Assembly (NCBI GenBank): GCA_965204375.1
Contig: OZ241986.1
Span: 576,001 to 640,000, forward strand
Length of the DNA: 64,000 bases
Direction of reading: 5' to 3'
Source: Candidatus Latescibacterota bacterium
GTDB taxonomy: Bacteria; Latescibacterota; UBA2968
In this document: positions 49,003 to 59,001 of the stretch, one piece after another
Layout: each line of letters begins with the position of its first letter
Numbering within the stretch: the stretch's first letter is position 1
Translations under genes and position numbers: made by a program
The notes under the pieces: model-generated
Seen by the model: only the letters and a program-made list of their open reading frames with translations
What the model was told of the DNA's origin: nothing
Database searches by the model: none

Positions 49003-49899
49003 TTACTCATCTAACAGATCCCGAAATGCCTCCAGGCTGGGTACCTGGACCGCCGCGCGATGCAACTGTTTGAGGCGTTGCAAATCGTCAATAGCGTCAA
49101 TGCGAGCAGACAAGGGGTCAGTCTCGTGGAGATCAAATCGAATCTCTAACACTTCGAGGATATTTTCGAATGTGCTTTTTCTTTCTCCCTGCTCAAAACT
49201 TTCCTCTCTGCTTTGTTGGGTAAGGGATTGAAAAAGTGATGATTCGCGGATCAGATCCATGATACCCTCCTTAAAAATAATATTAGAAATCGTTTCAGAT
49301 TCATATACCAACTCGCTCAATGCCACCATGCCAGCCAGATAATCCGCCCTATATGATCGAGCGATAGGGCGCGTCCGAGCCGTGTGAATACACTGTTGCA
49401 ACCACACATCCGAGGTCATCCCTTCAGGTGGCTTCATCAAAGGTGTGAAGGGAATCAGACCCGATTGCTCCGATTCGAGGACGCGCTCGCCTTCTATCTC
49501 AATCAGTCTGATCATCCTATAATGAATCGCTATTGGGTAGCCGAGACGCTCCTGGATATAGTACCCAGGATCGCGCTGCCCAGCATTGGGGCGCAGGTAG
49601 ATCACATTGGAAAAGATCGGCAGGCCGTGTTGCCGAATAGCATGTCCAATATAGCCTGCCATGCGGCGCGGCATAGGCGGATTGGTGCTGTCAGTCGTTT
49701 GAAACTCGTTGTGAACCAATACTTCTTCTTCATCGATACGCACGCGAATCAGGCTATCGGTTTGGTGTGCTTCAACTGTGAGTTGCTCTGTGTCAATAAC
49801 TGCAAGAACTTCAACGTCCTCGCGTCCGAGTGTAAAGCCGGCAAAGTCGTTGGGATATTTCTGAATGAGGTGTTTAGAAATCGTATCAAATTCTGCCAT
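49003..49899 (-). CDS. Rpn-like (recombination-promoting nuclease/putative transposase) protein
   Basis: TDSLI...VHNEFQT...MPRRMAGY...VIYL; DLIRESSLFQ; LEVLEIRF...DDLQRLKQL tail. Confidence 0.82.
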   Translation of the reverse strand: MAEFDTISKHLIQKYPNDFAGFTLGREDVEVLAVIDTEQLTVEAHQTDSLIRVRIDEEEVLVHNEFQTTDSTNPPMPRRMAGYIGHAIRQHGLPIFSNVIYLRPNAGQRDPGYYIQERLGYPIAIHYRMIRLIEIEGERVLESEQSGLIPFTPLMKPPEGMTSDVWLQQCIHTARTRPIARSYRADYLAGMVALSELVYESETISNIIFKEGIMDLIRESSLFQSLTQQSREESFEQGERKSTFENILEVLEIRFDLHETDPLSARIDAIDDLQRLKQLHRAAVQVPSLEAFRDLLDE

Positions 49900-50211
49900 G
49901 TAAGATGCCTGGTCTGAGAGTTGGTCATATTTTGGACAAACGCAACAGTCAGAACTCAAGCAAATATCAGGCCAATATCACAAAATTGAGCGATAAAAGG
50001 GGCTTGTCAGAAACTCAGATATCTCATTATGCCTTTAATATGCTGTATTGTGTTCTTGTTCACAAATTGAATTTGTGGATTGTCTGTTGAAGCGGAGATG
50101 GAGGAGGACAAGCATTGGCGGCAATAGTGTATATTTTGATTGATGGATGAGCTGTATTGTGAAAAAGTTGATCGCTTTTTTTAAAAAACAAAAGGCCGTA
50201 AGTGTTGCTCT

Positions 50212-50790
50212 GTGGGAGCAAAAACTCAAGACCTTGAGGAATTATATAATGAAGCCACACCAGAGGAACGGAAAGATCAGTTAAGACTGCATATCAACCA
50301 CCTGATCTATACCCCTGATGGGATTCAACTCGCCTTATTTGATCCCGGTAACGAAGCAAATAGGACCAAAGTTCAGCGAGACGGCACATCTGGCTCCCCA
50401 ACAGTTCCACCCACTGAACTTTTTACTGTACGGGATCACTTTCCCATCCATCATATCCGCAGGAATAAGAAGCCCATTATCGCAATTGGACATAAGCCCC
50501 AAGAAAAATTGGTTACTCAAAAGCTGCAACATCCCAATTATCTCAAAAAAGCCCTGTATTATCACGAGCTTCTTGAAAAGGGACATGTCCAATCTCAGAC
50601 CGCACTTGCCAGATAGGTGGGCATTTCGAGAACCAAAACCCGATTGATTCTAAAGTTGCTCAAACTAGATAAAGAAATTAAAGATTTTATCTTGAGAATA
50701 GATGACTCAGACCCCAAACTGGATTTTCTATCTGTCTATCGGTTGCAGCCGTTACTTCAGGTTAAAAGCAAGGAGAGGCAAAGATCTGTA
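50212..50790 (+). pseudogene. Relic of an integrative-element end: recombinase-like C-terminal fragment plus an interrupted HTH gene
   Basis: ATPEERKDQLRLHINHLIY; KALYYHELLEKG..SQTALAR*(V)GISRTKTRLILKLLKL with in-frame TAG at 50614. Confidence 0.5.
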
Positions 50791-50864
50791 AGCCCTGTGT
50801 TTAGTTACACCGAGACAGAATTCGGAATTCGGCAACAGCATCCAAAACGGGTCAAGTCCAGAGG

Positions 50865-51425
50865 CTATAGAAGTGCAAGGAAACCGAATAGAAGTGCGAA
50901 TAGAAGCGCGAGAAAGCCAATAAAGCTCAATACGAAGCCTCTATCCGAGGGCTTTCTTTTTTTCAAACGAAATCTACGGTAATAGTTCTCGGTTTTTCTC
51001 CGAAGTTCGCCTAACTGGTTCTGTGTCTTTTTCCATTCTTCTTCGCATTGTTTAGCTAAGTCTTTAACATGAGACTGCATATATCCATCAGCTATGAGTG
51101 CCAAAATTGATACCCCCACACAGACTCCGAGACAAATAGCGTATCCATTCCACTTTTTTAGCCCAAAGTCTCCTTTTAGGACACCTCGTAAATATTCCGA
51201 AGGAGTTTTATTTTCTTTAAAGTCAAGAGAAGCAACCTTTGAAATCCCAGTAAGTGCCTTCTTGCCTAAAGCCTCTCCGATCTGTTCATTGGGAAGATGG
51301 ACCAACTGTTCATCTCCACCCTGCTGAGTAAGCTGATCAAGGCTATTCTGAAAAAGTTGATCAAATCTCTGTTTAAGGTCTTGAATATTACCTATAATTT
51401 CGTTCTTTTGCATTTTGACTGTCAA
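50865..51425 (-). CDS. Hypothetical membrane protein
   Basis: 186-aa ORF with two hydrophobic segments. Confidence 0.55.
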   Translation of the reverse strand: MTVKMQKNEIIGNIQDLKQRFDQLFQNSLDQLTQQGGDEQLVHLPNEQIGEALGKKALTGISKVASLDFKENKTPSEYLRGVLKGDFGLKKWNGYAICLGVCVGVSILALIADGYMQSHVKDLAKQCEEEWKKTQNQLGELRRKTENYYRRFRLKKRKPSDRGFVLSFIGFLALLFALLFGFLALL

Positions 51426-51557
51426 TTGTACAACATCATCAAAGTCATCAGGCGACCGCCTCCCAAAAAGCGCATAAAGAAAATTCTTGATTTTAAATTG
51501 TCCTGCAACGAGATATTGTCAAATGTTGTGGATGGGTTTAGAACGCATCCTTTATGA

Positions 51558-52796
51558 TTATGCAGCGATTTTGCGTTCACCATCTACGAATTTCACCCCG
51601 TCAATGACGAGGGGTATGAGCTTGTAACCGCGTAATCTGACCCATGTTTTTTCAGCTTCAAGAGCCAGTTTATACACCATCGCCATTGTGGCTTTGACCG
51701 ATCCGCAGCCTTTTGTCTGCCTCGTGCGATGCCTGACGGTAGCAAAAGTCGATTCAATCGGGTTGGTGGTGCGTAAATGGATCCAGTGTTTGGCAGGAAA
51801 ATCATAAAAGGTGAAGAGCACCTCAAAATCTTTGGTGAGGCAGTCACAGGCTTTTTCATAGCGATCCTGATACAGACTCAAGAAGTGGTCATAGACCTTG
51901 TGCGCGGCCTCTTTTGTCGGCGACTGATACATATCTTGAAGGAGTCTCTTGGCATCCGGCTGCACAGATTTGGGTAGCTTATCCAACACATTAGCACTCT
52001 TATGCACCCAGCAGCGCTGATGTTTCGTGGCAGGGAATGTCTCTTCCAATGCGTGCCAGAAGCCCATTGCGCCATCGCCTATGGCAAGCGCAGGGGCTTG
52101 GCTCAACCCGCGTGCTTTGACATCCTGTAAGAGGGTCTGCCAAGATAAGGTGCTCTCACGCTGTCCCTGCTCTATGGCAAGGACTTCCTTTTTACCTTCT
52201 GCTGTGGCACCAATGAGCACGAGAACACAGGGACGGTCATCAGATAGGCGTACGTTAAAATAGATACCGTCTGCCCAGATATAGACATAGGCTTTATCGT
52301 GCAAGTCGCGCTTTTGCCATTGTTTATACTCATCTTCCCAAATACGCTTTAAGCGCGTGATATTGGCCGGAGAAAGCCCTGGTGCGCCTTTGCCTAAGAT
52401 CGCTTCGAGTGCCTGGGGAAAGGCTGAGGTAGAGACCCCTTTCAGATACAGTGTGGGGATCAATGTATCAATGCTCGGACTGCGACGGGCATATTTAGGC
52501 AGGATCGCACTGGTGAAGTGCTCCCCGTCTCGACGATCGTGAACGCGGGGTTGTTTGACGGGTATTTTACCAATACCAGTGGTGACTTCTCGGGCAGGAT
52601 GATACCCATTTTTGACCACCTCACGATGACCCTTTTCATCCACCTGATCAGCAAATCGGGCTATGTATTCATTCACTTCATACCGCAAGGCGGCACATAA
52701 CATCTTACGCGCACCATTTCTTATGACTTCTTCGAGGCTCTCGGCCAGTGTATCTTGCACTATGCTTTCCACTTCAAATGGGGTATATTCTTTCAC
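51558..52796 (-). CDS. IS256-family (mutator) transposase
   Basis: KNGY, LYLKGVST, WADG, IGDG, QRCWVHK, TTNPIES. Confidence 0.96.
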   Translation of the reverse strand: MKEYTPFEVESIVQDTLAESLEEVIRNGARKMLCAALRYEVNEYIARFADQVDEKGHREVVKNGYHPAREVTTGIGKIPVKQPRVHDRRDGEHFTSAILPKYARRSPSIDTLIPTLYLKGVSTSAFPQALEAILGKGAPGLSPANITRLKRIWEDEYKQWQKRDLHDKAYVYIWADGIYFNVRLSDDRPCVLVLIGATAEGKKEVLAIEQGQRESTLSWQTLLQDVKARGLSQAPALAIGDGAMGFWHALEETFPATKHQRCWVHKSANVLDKLPKSVQPDAKRLLQDMYQSPTKEAAHKVYDHFLSLYQDRYEKACDCLTKDFEVLFTFYDFPAKHWIHLRTTNPIESTFATVRHRTRQTKGCGSVKATMAMVYKLALEAEKTWVRLRGYKLIPLVIDGVKFVDGERKIAA

Positions 52797-52884
52797 GAGC
52801 GTGTCCTTTCTCCCTCCTGGAGGGATTTTAGGTTTTTGTGATACTATAGGATACGCTCTTTTCTTTTACTCATCCACAACTTTT

Positions 52885-54724
52885 GACGGGTCGGCAAAAA
52901 GTCAGAGATTGCCCCGATAGTTTTGGTAAGCTATATTTCGTTTATGCTTACTTTACGAGACCACGATAGGGCAGCCCCACCGGATTTCTGGATACAGCTT
53001 GGGGCTAAACGCAAGCAACTTCTTGATCGTTCCTGGGCTGGTGTTTTCCGAGAGTATCTGCTTTTGGAACTGCCCGTTGAGGCACTGGCCCCCCATTTTA
53101 GCAAAAATTTTGGGCGTCCCAGCAAAGACCTCCACGTTGTGCTCGGCGCACTGGTGCTGCAACAACTGCATGATTTGACCGATGCACAGACAGTGGAGGC
53201 CATTGCATTCAACATCGCTTGGCAGTATGCCCTTGATGTGCGCAGTGAAGCCGACTGTTATTTTTGCGAGCGAACGCTTCGCACCTATCGTCGTTTGGTG
53301 ATTCAGCATCACCTGGATGAGGTGCTCTTCCAAAGTCTGACCGACAAGCTCATTCATTCGGTAGGGGTTCATACCCGCAAGCAGCGGATTGACTCGACGG
53401 GTGTCCAAAGCTTTATGCGCAACCTGACACGCTTGGGCATTCTGGTCGAGTCCATGAGTAAATTCTTGCGCCAGTTGCGTCGAACCTGCCCAGAGTTGTA
53501 TCAGGAACTGGACTGTGACTTGTGGCGCAAGTATGTTGCCCGCACAGGCGATGGGTGTTTCGCTTTAACCACACCGAGCCAGTCAAAGTGTCGATTGTTA
53601 GAAGCCGCCGCCGATATAGATGCATTGCTAAAGCTGTTTTGTCCAACCGAAGCGGCGCAGTTGGACAGCTACCATCTGTTGGCAGGTGTTTTTGAAGAAC
53701 AGTGCCAACGCATACAAGGCGCATCTGGTCAAAGCAGCATCCAGATGCGGGATCCCCATGCGATACCGTGTGATAATACGCTTAATCCGGCCGATCCTGA
53801 CGCCAGCTATAATAAGCATCGTGGGGTGGGCTACCTCATACAGGTCATGGAGACCTTCTGTGATGATACCGACAAAGACGATGAGGCACAGGACGCCACA
53901 TCAGGCGTGTCTAAAGTTGCCCTGCCAGACCTGATCACGCATATCGCCGTTGGCAAGATGACAGTCCATGACAGTAAAGCCCTCTTACCTGCCATACAGG
54001 ATACACAAGCCCGTGGCGTGATGCCCAAGCATCTGCTGGCCGATACGCACTACGGTTCGACAAAATGTATCGCGCAGGCCAAAGATAGAGGTGTCACGTT
54101 GTTGGCTCCGTCGATGCCCCCCAAGGGCAAAGGTCAGGGTAAATTGACGTTGGAGGACTTTGAAGTAGATGCATCTGGGCACATCCAGCGATGTCCAGCC
54201 GGCCATGCACCCCTTGAGATGTCTGTGAGCAAGAAACGCCTTCAGGTTCGATTTGCCCCAGATTTATGTGACCAATGCCCCTTGCAAGAGCACTGTCCAA
54301 TCCCAGGGAAAGCGCGTCTCCAATATACCCACGAGCGTGTCAAGCAACGTGCCCGGCGTCTGTTTGAACAGTCTGATGTCTTCCGTGACCAATACCGCTG
54401 GCGTGCTGGCATCGAAGCGACCATATCGCGTCTAAAGCATCAAATGGGACTGGCTCACCTGCGGGTGCGTGGGCAAGGTGCGGTAAAATATCGGGTCTTG
54501 CTCAGCGCATTGGGTCTCAATATCCATCGTGTCGCTGTCTATAGGGGGTCCTTTTACCCTCAAAAGCTTTTTGGTAGGCTTTTGAGTGCCTTGCAAGGTC
54601 ATCAGCGGGTTATTGGGCCTTACAAACCTATATCAGGGCGTATGAACAGACGATTTGAAGTACCCACGACAAGGGGTTACAGGGGGCTTTCTCCCTTGAT
54701 TTTAAGACTTTTTGCCGACCCGTC
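52885..54724 (+). mobile_element. IS1182-like element
   Basis: Perfect 19-bp IR GACGGGTCGGCAAAAAGTC; 7-bp direct repeat AACTTTT at 52878..52884 and 54725..54731. Confidence 0.9.
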
Positions 54725-55853
54725 AACTTTTGAATATACCTCTAAACGCCTTGAGTCAGGTAAAAAATGTGATTGCGTTTGCATAGGGTGTGGTGAATCG
54801 CTTATCCTGAAACGTGGAGATAAAAAACAGTGGCATTTTGCTCATTGTGCAAAAACTTCCTGTGGTGGAGAGACTTATATCCACAAAGTAGTTAAAACGT
54901 GGATTGCTGAGAAATTGATAGGCCAAATCCTTTCTTTACCAGTACATCCAGAATTAGATAGCCCTAAAAAATTTTTAGTTGAAAGTGGCGAGATAGAAAA
55001 ATATAACAGTGCTATAAAACGGCAATATGACGTTGTGCTTAAGGGAATTTTTTCGTACGGTGAAACAGATCAAGTAAATCATGGTGAATTGATATTTGAG
55101 GTGCATTATAGTAACCCCAAAGATGATTGTTTTAAGTTGCAAGTGCAAGAATGGAAACTTTACGTTCTTGAGGTCGATGCTAAAACATTCTATGGTGATG
55201 GACGAGAAAAATTTACGATAGAAACACTTTCAGAAAACAGCGAGTGGACATGGCTTACGGACAACCAAAAACTTTGGGCTGAATATGGCTTGAAAAATAG
55301 TGTACGAGATATTATAGCAAACTGGATTACGGAAGAAACATGGATAGACGAAGAAGTAGAAATTCGACACGGTCCCTCAAAATTTATACGTACAGGTTAT
55401 GGACGTTTTAGCGTTGAACGACAAGTTGAAACAAAAATAATAAAGAAGGGGCCCTTTTATCGGCTGTTTGGAGTTGTCGATAGATTTGATAATGACGGAC
55501 CTTTGAGAGATTACGGATTTTATATTTGGGATTTTTTGGAGAGGCACAACACAACGCCATACTATTTTCATGCAGATAAGTGTTGGAAAAATAGAAAAAG
55601 CGATATAACTGGCAAAATTTACGATATTGTTTTTCAAGGAGATTTTGTAGGTCGGAGTAACAATGCACGTAAAAAGTCCTGTTTGGTATTCCAGTTAGTA
55701 GATAGTCTTGGTGAATATGATGACGATTTTAAGCAAGAAATACGAAAAGCTAAATTCTGTATTCTTGAGGTTGATATACATGGATTTTTTGCTGACGGAC
55801 TTGAACCTCCCACGCATAAGAGATTTAAGGAAAATACACAGTGGGTATGGTGA
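52944..55853 (+). CDS. IS1182-like DDE transposase read through in frame into a 5'-truncated CoiA-like Zn-finger/nuclease gene
   Basis: GRPS, IDST, DPDA, ADTHY, YRWRAGIEAT; past the IR: CDCVCIGCG...KRG...WHFAH...ETYIHK...YDV...IFEVHYS. Confidence 0.8.
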   Translation: MLTLRDHDRAAPPDFWIQLGAKRKQLLDRSWAGVFREYLLLELPVEALAPHFSKNFGRPSKDLHVVLGALVLQQLHDLTDAQTVEAIAFNIAWQYALDVRSEADCYFCERTLRTYRRLVIQHHLDEVLFQSLTDKLIHSVGVHTRKQRIDSTGVQSFMRNLTRLGILVESMSKFLRQLRRTCPELYQELDCDLWRKYVARTGDGCFALTTPSQSKCRLLEAAADIDALLKLFCPTEAAQLDSYHLLAGVFEEQCQRIQGASGQSSIQMRDPHAIPCDNTLNPADPDASYNKHRGVGYLIQVMETFCDDTDKDDEAQDATSGVSKVALPDLITHIAVGKMTVHDSKALLPAIQDTQARGVMPKHLLADTHYGSTKCIAQAKDRGVTLLAPSMPPKGKGQGKLTLEDFEVDASGHIQRCPAGHAPLEMSVSKKRLQVRFAPDLCDQCPLQEHCPIPGKARLQYTHERVKQRARRLFEQSDVFRDQYRWRAGIEATISRLKHQMGLAHLRVRGQGAVKYRVLLSALGLNIHRVAVYRGSFYPQKLFGRLLSALQGHQRVIGPYKPISGRMNRRFEVPTTRGYRGLSPLILRLFADPSTFEYTSKRLESGKKCDCVCIGCGESLILKRGDKKQWHFAHCAKTSCGGETYIHKVVKTWIAEKLIGQILSLPVHPELDSPKKFLVESGEIEKYNSAIKRQYDVVLKGIFSYGETDQVNHGELIFEVHYSNPKDDCFKLQVQEWKLYVLEVDAKTFYGDGREKFTIETLSENSEWTWLTDNQKLWAEYGLKNSVRDIIANWITEETWIDEEVEIRHGPSKFIRTGYGRFSVERQVETKIIKKGPFYRLFGVVDRFDNDGPLRDYGFYIWDFLERHNTTPYYFHADKCWKNRKSDITGKIYDIVFQGDFVGRSNNARKKSCLVFQLVDSLGEYDDDFKQEIRKAKFCILEVDIHGFFADGLEPPTHKRFKENTQWVW

Positions 55854-56160
55854 TAGACGAAGTAAAATTGAATATAATCCCCAGTTAAAGAAGCAGGAGA
55901 TAATATGAACATTGAAACTTTAATGAAGGTACATTTTTCTGAGGAGGGCACCCAAAAACCGATATGGAAAACGCCACAGAAATTGCTGACAACCTCGCAT
56001 TGGTGAAGCTGGCTCTACACCGGTATTGCAGTGTTGCCAAAGCGGCCATTCGCAAGTACGACAAAAACACTTGACAACGACTGCCGCAAACGCCTTCTTA
56101 CCAGCGATCTATGCGCAAGAAATGGCCCTTGTAGTTTCTACACGTAGAGGAGATTAGACG

Positions 56161-57201
56161 ATGGACAATGCGATGCGTGACACATTCGCACGACAAGGCT
56201 ATGTCGTCGTGCCCAACGTGCTCAATCAACAGCAACTGGACGAACTCAATCAAGTCTATGATCAGCATATCCACGAGCGGGAGGAGACGCAGTCCACGGA
56301 CGGCACCGACGCACGGAAGCGCAAAAGCATCCGGGGGCGCGACACACGCCAGACAACGGATCGGCACGGCAATACCTACGTAGGGAGAAGGCTCTGGAGC
56401 AAGGCCTACCGGGACCTGATCGACAACGAGACCATGCTGCCCATCCTTGAAGAGCTTCTCGGCGACCCGTCGTGGGGCCATGCTCCAGCACATATGCCGG
56501 AAGAGCTTCGCCCCTCGTTCCGGTTAGATCACGACAATATACACTACAAACCTGGCCGGAAACCGACAGACGGCGCGGACATAGGCGGGACGCTCCACGG
56601 CGGCCCAGGCGCCTTTCATATCACATGTGTGTATGAACTCAAGACAGTCGGACCAGATGACGGGGGCTTCGGGTGTGTTATTGGCACACACAAGCCAGCC
56701 AATGAGCAGAAACTGCTGGACATTGACGGCGACTGGCGGCGGAACTGGTGCGACACGAAATGGACGTCGCAACTGCCGAACTGGGATGACGATGTGCCGG
56801 TGCACCGCGTCGAGGCTAAGGCTGGGGACTGCATTTTGTTCAGTGAGAAGCTCAAACACGGTACGATTCCGTGGGCAGGGAGTGGCGAGCGCCGCACCCT
56901 CTTTTATAAGTACGTTCCTTTTGGCATGCACCACGTCGACGTTGCGTACGACACCAACGACCCCGAACTCACTGAGCGACAGAAACGGATCCTGGAATTT
57001 TCACCGTGCTGGTTTAACGATCCCCGGGAGGACAAAGACTACTCTGCAAATCCAGCGCTGACAGCGCTCCATCCGCTGGCGTGTGTGGAGAGCGACCCGA
57101 GTGTGTTGCTGCCGGGCATGTCGCCGCCGCACATCCGGCTGACGGACGAGACCAGGGCAATGCTGAGTGCCAATGGCGCGAGTGCAAGCCCAACGTTGTA
57201 A
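56161..57201 (+). CDS. PhyH-like Fe/2OG oxygenase, copy 1
   Basis: FARQGYVVVPNVL, LHGG, GTHK, AGDCILFSEKLKHGT, RR. Confidence 0.85.
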   Translation: MDNAMRDTFARQGYVVVPNVLNQQQLDELNQVYDQHIHEREETQSTDGTDARKRKSIRGRDTRQTTDRHGNTYVGRRLWSKAYRDLIDNETMLPILEELLGDPSWGHAPAHMPEELRPSFRLDHDNIHYKPGRKPTDGADIGGTLHGGPGAFHITCVYELKTVGPDDGGFGCVIGTHKPANEQKLLDIDGDWRRNWCDTKWTSQLPNWDDDVPVHRVEAKAGDCILFSEKLKHGTIPWAGSGERRTLFYKYVPFGMHHVDVAYDTNDPELTERQKRILEFSPCWFNDPREDKDYSANPALTALHPLACVESDPSVLLPGMSPPHIRLTDETRAMLSANGASASPTL

Positions 57202-57294
57202 TGTTCGAGGTATTTTACTAATTGAGAAAAAATAAAGAAGGCTGCGATCCATTTCGCAGCCTTCTTTTACTTCGATCGTGGGCCTCACCAATAC

Positions 57295-57543
57295 TTGTAT
57301 AACCCGGAGACAGGAGCAGCGACAGAATTTGTGGATCCCGAAGACGAAGAGACCAGGGATGCCGAGAATGTTCAGTACATTTTTCAGTGGACTGTTTCTG
57401 ACTACCTGATGGCGATGATTGATGCTGGATTTGAGATCCTTCACGTTTGGGAAGAGCCGACCAAAAATCATGATCGATGGCGTCAGAATTGTTTTCATGC
57501 TCTGCCCAACGGATTCCGTATGGTCTGTAAGAAGAAGCAATAG
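57295..57543 (+). pseudogene. C-terminal fragment resembling a class I SAM methyltransferase
   Basis: FQWTVSDYLMAMIDAGFEILHVWEEP...LP..F.MVCKK; no N-terminus. Confidence 0.5.
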
Positions 57544-57707
57544 CTTTATCCTCTCGTTTGTGAGAGGGCGACACGGTCTATAACTCACCGTAAGCGATGT
57601 GTGAACGGCAAAAACACTTGACAACGACTGCCGAAAACGCCTTCTTACCAGCAATCCATGCGCAAGAAATGTCCCTTGTAGTTCCTACACATAGAGGAGA
57701 TTAGAAG

Positions 57708-58751
57708 ATGGACAATGCGATGCGTGACACGTTCGCACGACAAGGCTATATCGTCGTGCCCAATGTGCTCAATCAACAGCAGTTGGACGAGCTCAACCAA
57801 GTCTATGATCAGCATATCTTTGAGCGGGAGGAGACGCTGTCCACGGCCCGCACCGACAAACAGAACCGCTTCTACATCGGCGCGCGCGACAAGCACATGA
57901 CAACTGACCGGCACGGCAACACCTACATGGGGAGAAGGCTCTGGAGCAAGGCCTACCGGGACCTGATCGACAACGAGACCATGCTGCCCATCCTTGAAGA
58001 GTTTCTCGGCGATCCGTCGTGGGGTCATGCCCCAGCACACATGCCGGAAGAGCTTCGCCCCTCGTTCCGGCTGGATCATGACAATATACACTACAAGCCT
58101 GGCCGGAAACCGACAGACGGCGCAGACATAGGCGGGACGCTCCACGGCAGCCCGAGCAGCTTTCATATCACATGTGTGTATGAACTCAAGACAGTCGGAC
58201 CAGATGACGGGGGCTTCGGGTGTGTTATTGGCACACACAAGCCAGCCAATGAGCAGAAACTGCTGGACATCGCCGGTGACTGGCGGCGGAACTGGTGCGA
58301 CACGAAATGGACGTCGCAGCTGCCGAACTGGGATGACGATGTGCCGGTACACCGCGTCGAGGCTAAGGCTGGGGACTGCATTTTGTTCAGTGAGAAGCTC
58401 AAACACGGTACGATTCCGTGGGCAGGGAGCGGCGAGCGCCGCACCCTCTTCTACAAGTATGTTCCTTTCGGCATGCACCACGGCGACGCCGCGTACGACA
58501 CCAACGACCCCGAACTCACTGAGCGGCAGAAACGGATCCTGGAATTTTCACCGTGCTGGTTTAACGATCCCCGGGAGGACAAAGACTACTCCGCGAACCC
58601 GGCGCTCACAAAGCTCCATCCGCTGGCGTGTGTGGAGAGCGATCCGAGTGTGTTGCTGCCGGGTATGTCGCCGCCGCACATCCGGCTGATGGACGAGACC
58701 AGGGCGATGCTGCTGGGTGCCGGTGGCGCGCGTGCAAACGCGAAGTTGTAA
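57708..58751 (+). CDS. PhyH-like Fe/2OG oxygenase, copy 2
   Basis: Near-identical to copy 1; LHGS. Confidence 0.85.
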   Translation: MDNAMRDTFARQGYIVVPNVLNQQQLDELNQVYDQHIFEREETLSTARTDKQNRFYIGARDKHMTTDRHGNTYMGRRLWSKAYRDLIDNETMLPILEEFLGDPSWGHAPAHMPEELRPSFRLDHDNIHYKPGRKPTDGADIGGTLHGSPSSFHITCVYELKTVGPDDGGFGCVIGTHKPANEQKLLDIAGDWRRNWCDTKWTSQLPNWDDDVPVHRVEAKAGDCILFSEKLKHGTIPWAGSGERRTLFYKYVPFGMHHGDAAYDTNDPELTERQKRILEFSPCWFNDPREDKDYSANPALTKLHPLACVESDPSVLLPGMSPPHIRLMDETRAMLLGAGGARANAKL

Positions 58752-59001
58752 TGTTCGAGGTATTGTCTGGCCGACCAAACGTTACTATAACTTTTTGGCC
58801 AAATGATAGCGAAAATAGAAAATGCCGTGAGATTTTTTCCACGGCGTTTTCTTATTTGTGCTTGTTTTTCTTTCTATTTGCCAAAAAATAACTATAATTC
58901 TCATTCAGCTAACTGGCGCGAGTCTTTCGAGGAGGAAAATGTGCAACCTTCGGAGTCTAAAGACAGACCATCTGCGATGAATCACCATACGAGGCCACAG
59001 A

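Larger units (their letters stand above)
51510..54742 (-). mobile_element. IS256-family element with a second IS inserted in one terminal inverted repeat
   Basis: Left end gagatattgtcaaatgttgtggatgggt; with the nested IS removed, the other end reads actcatccacaacttttgaatatacctc (imperfect IR); no TSD seen. Confidence 0.8.
56062..58764 (+). repeat. Direct repeat of ~1.15 kb (56062..57214 and 57609..58764)
   Basis: Both copies start caaaaacacttgacaacgactgccg and end ttgtaatgttcgaggtatt. Confidence 0.93.

Noticed and set aside
55963-56075. Short ORF containing AKAAIRKYD, possibly a glycoside hydrolase fragment
   Set aside because: Too short, and cut by the duplication boundary
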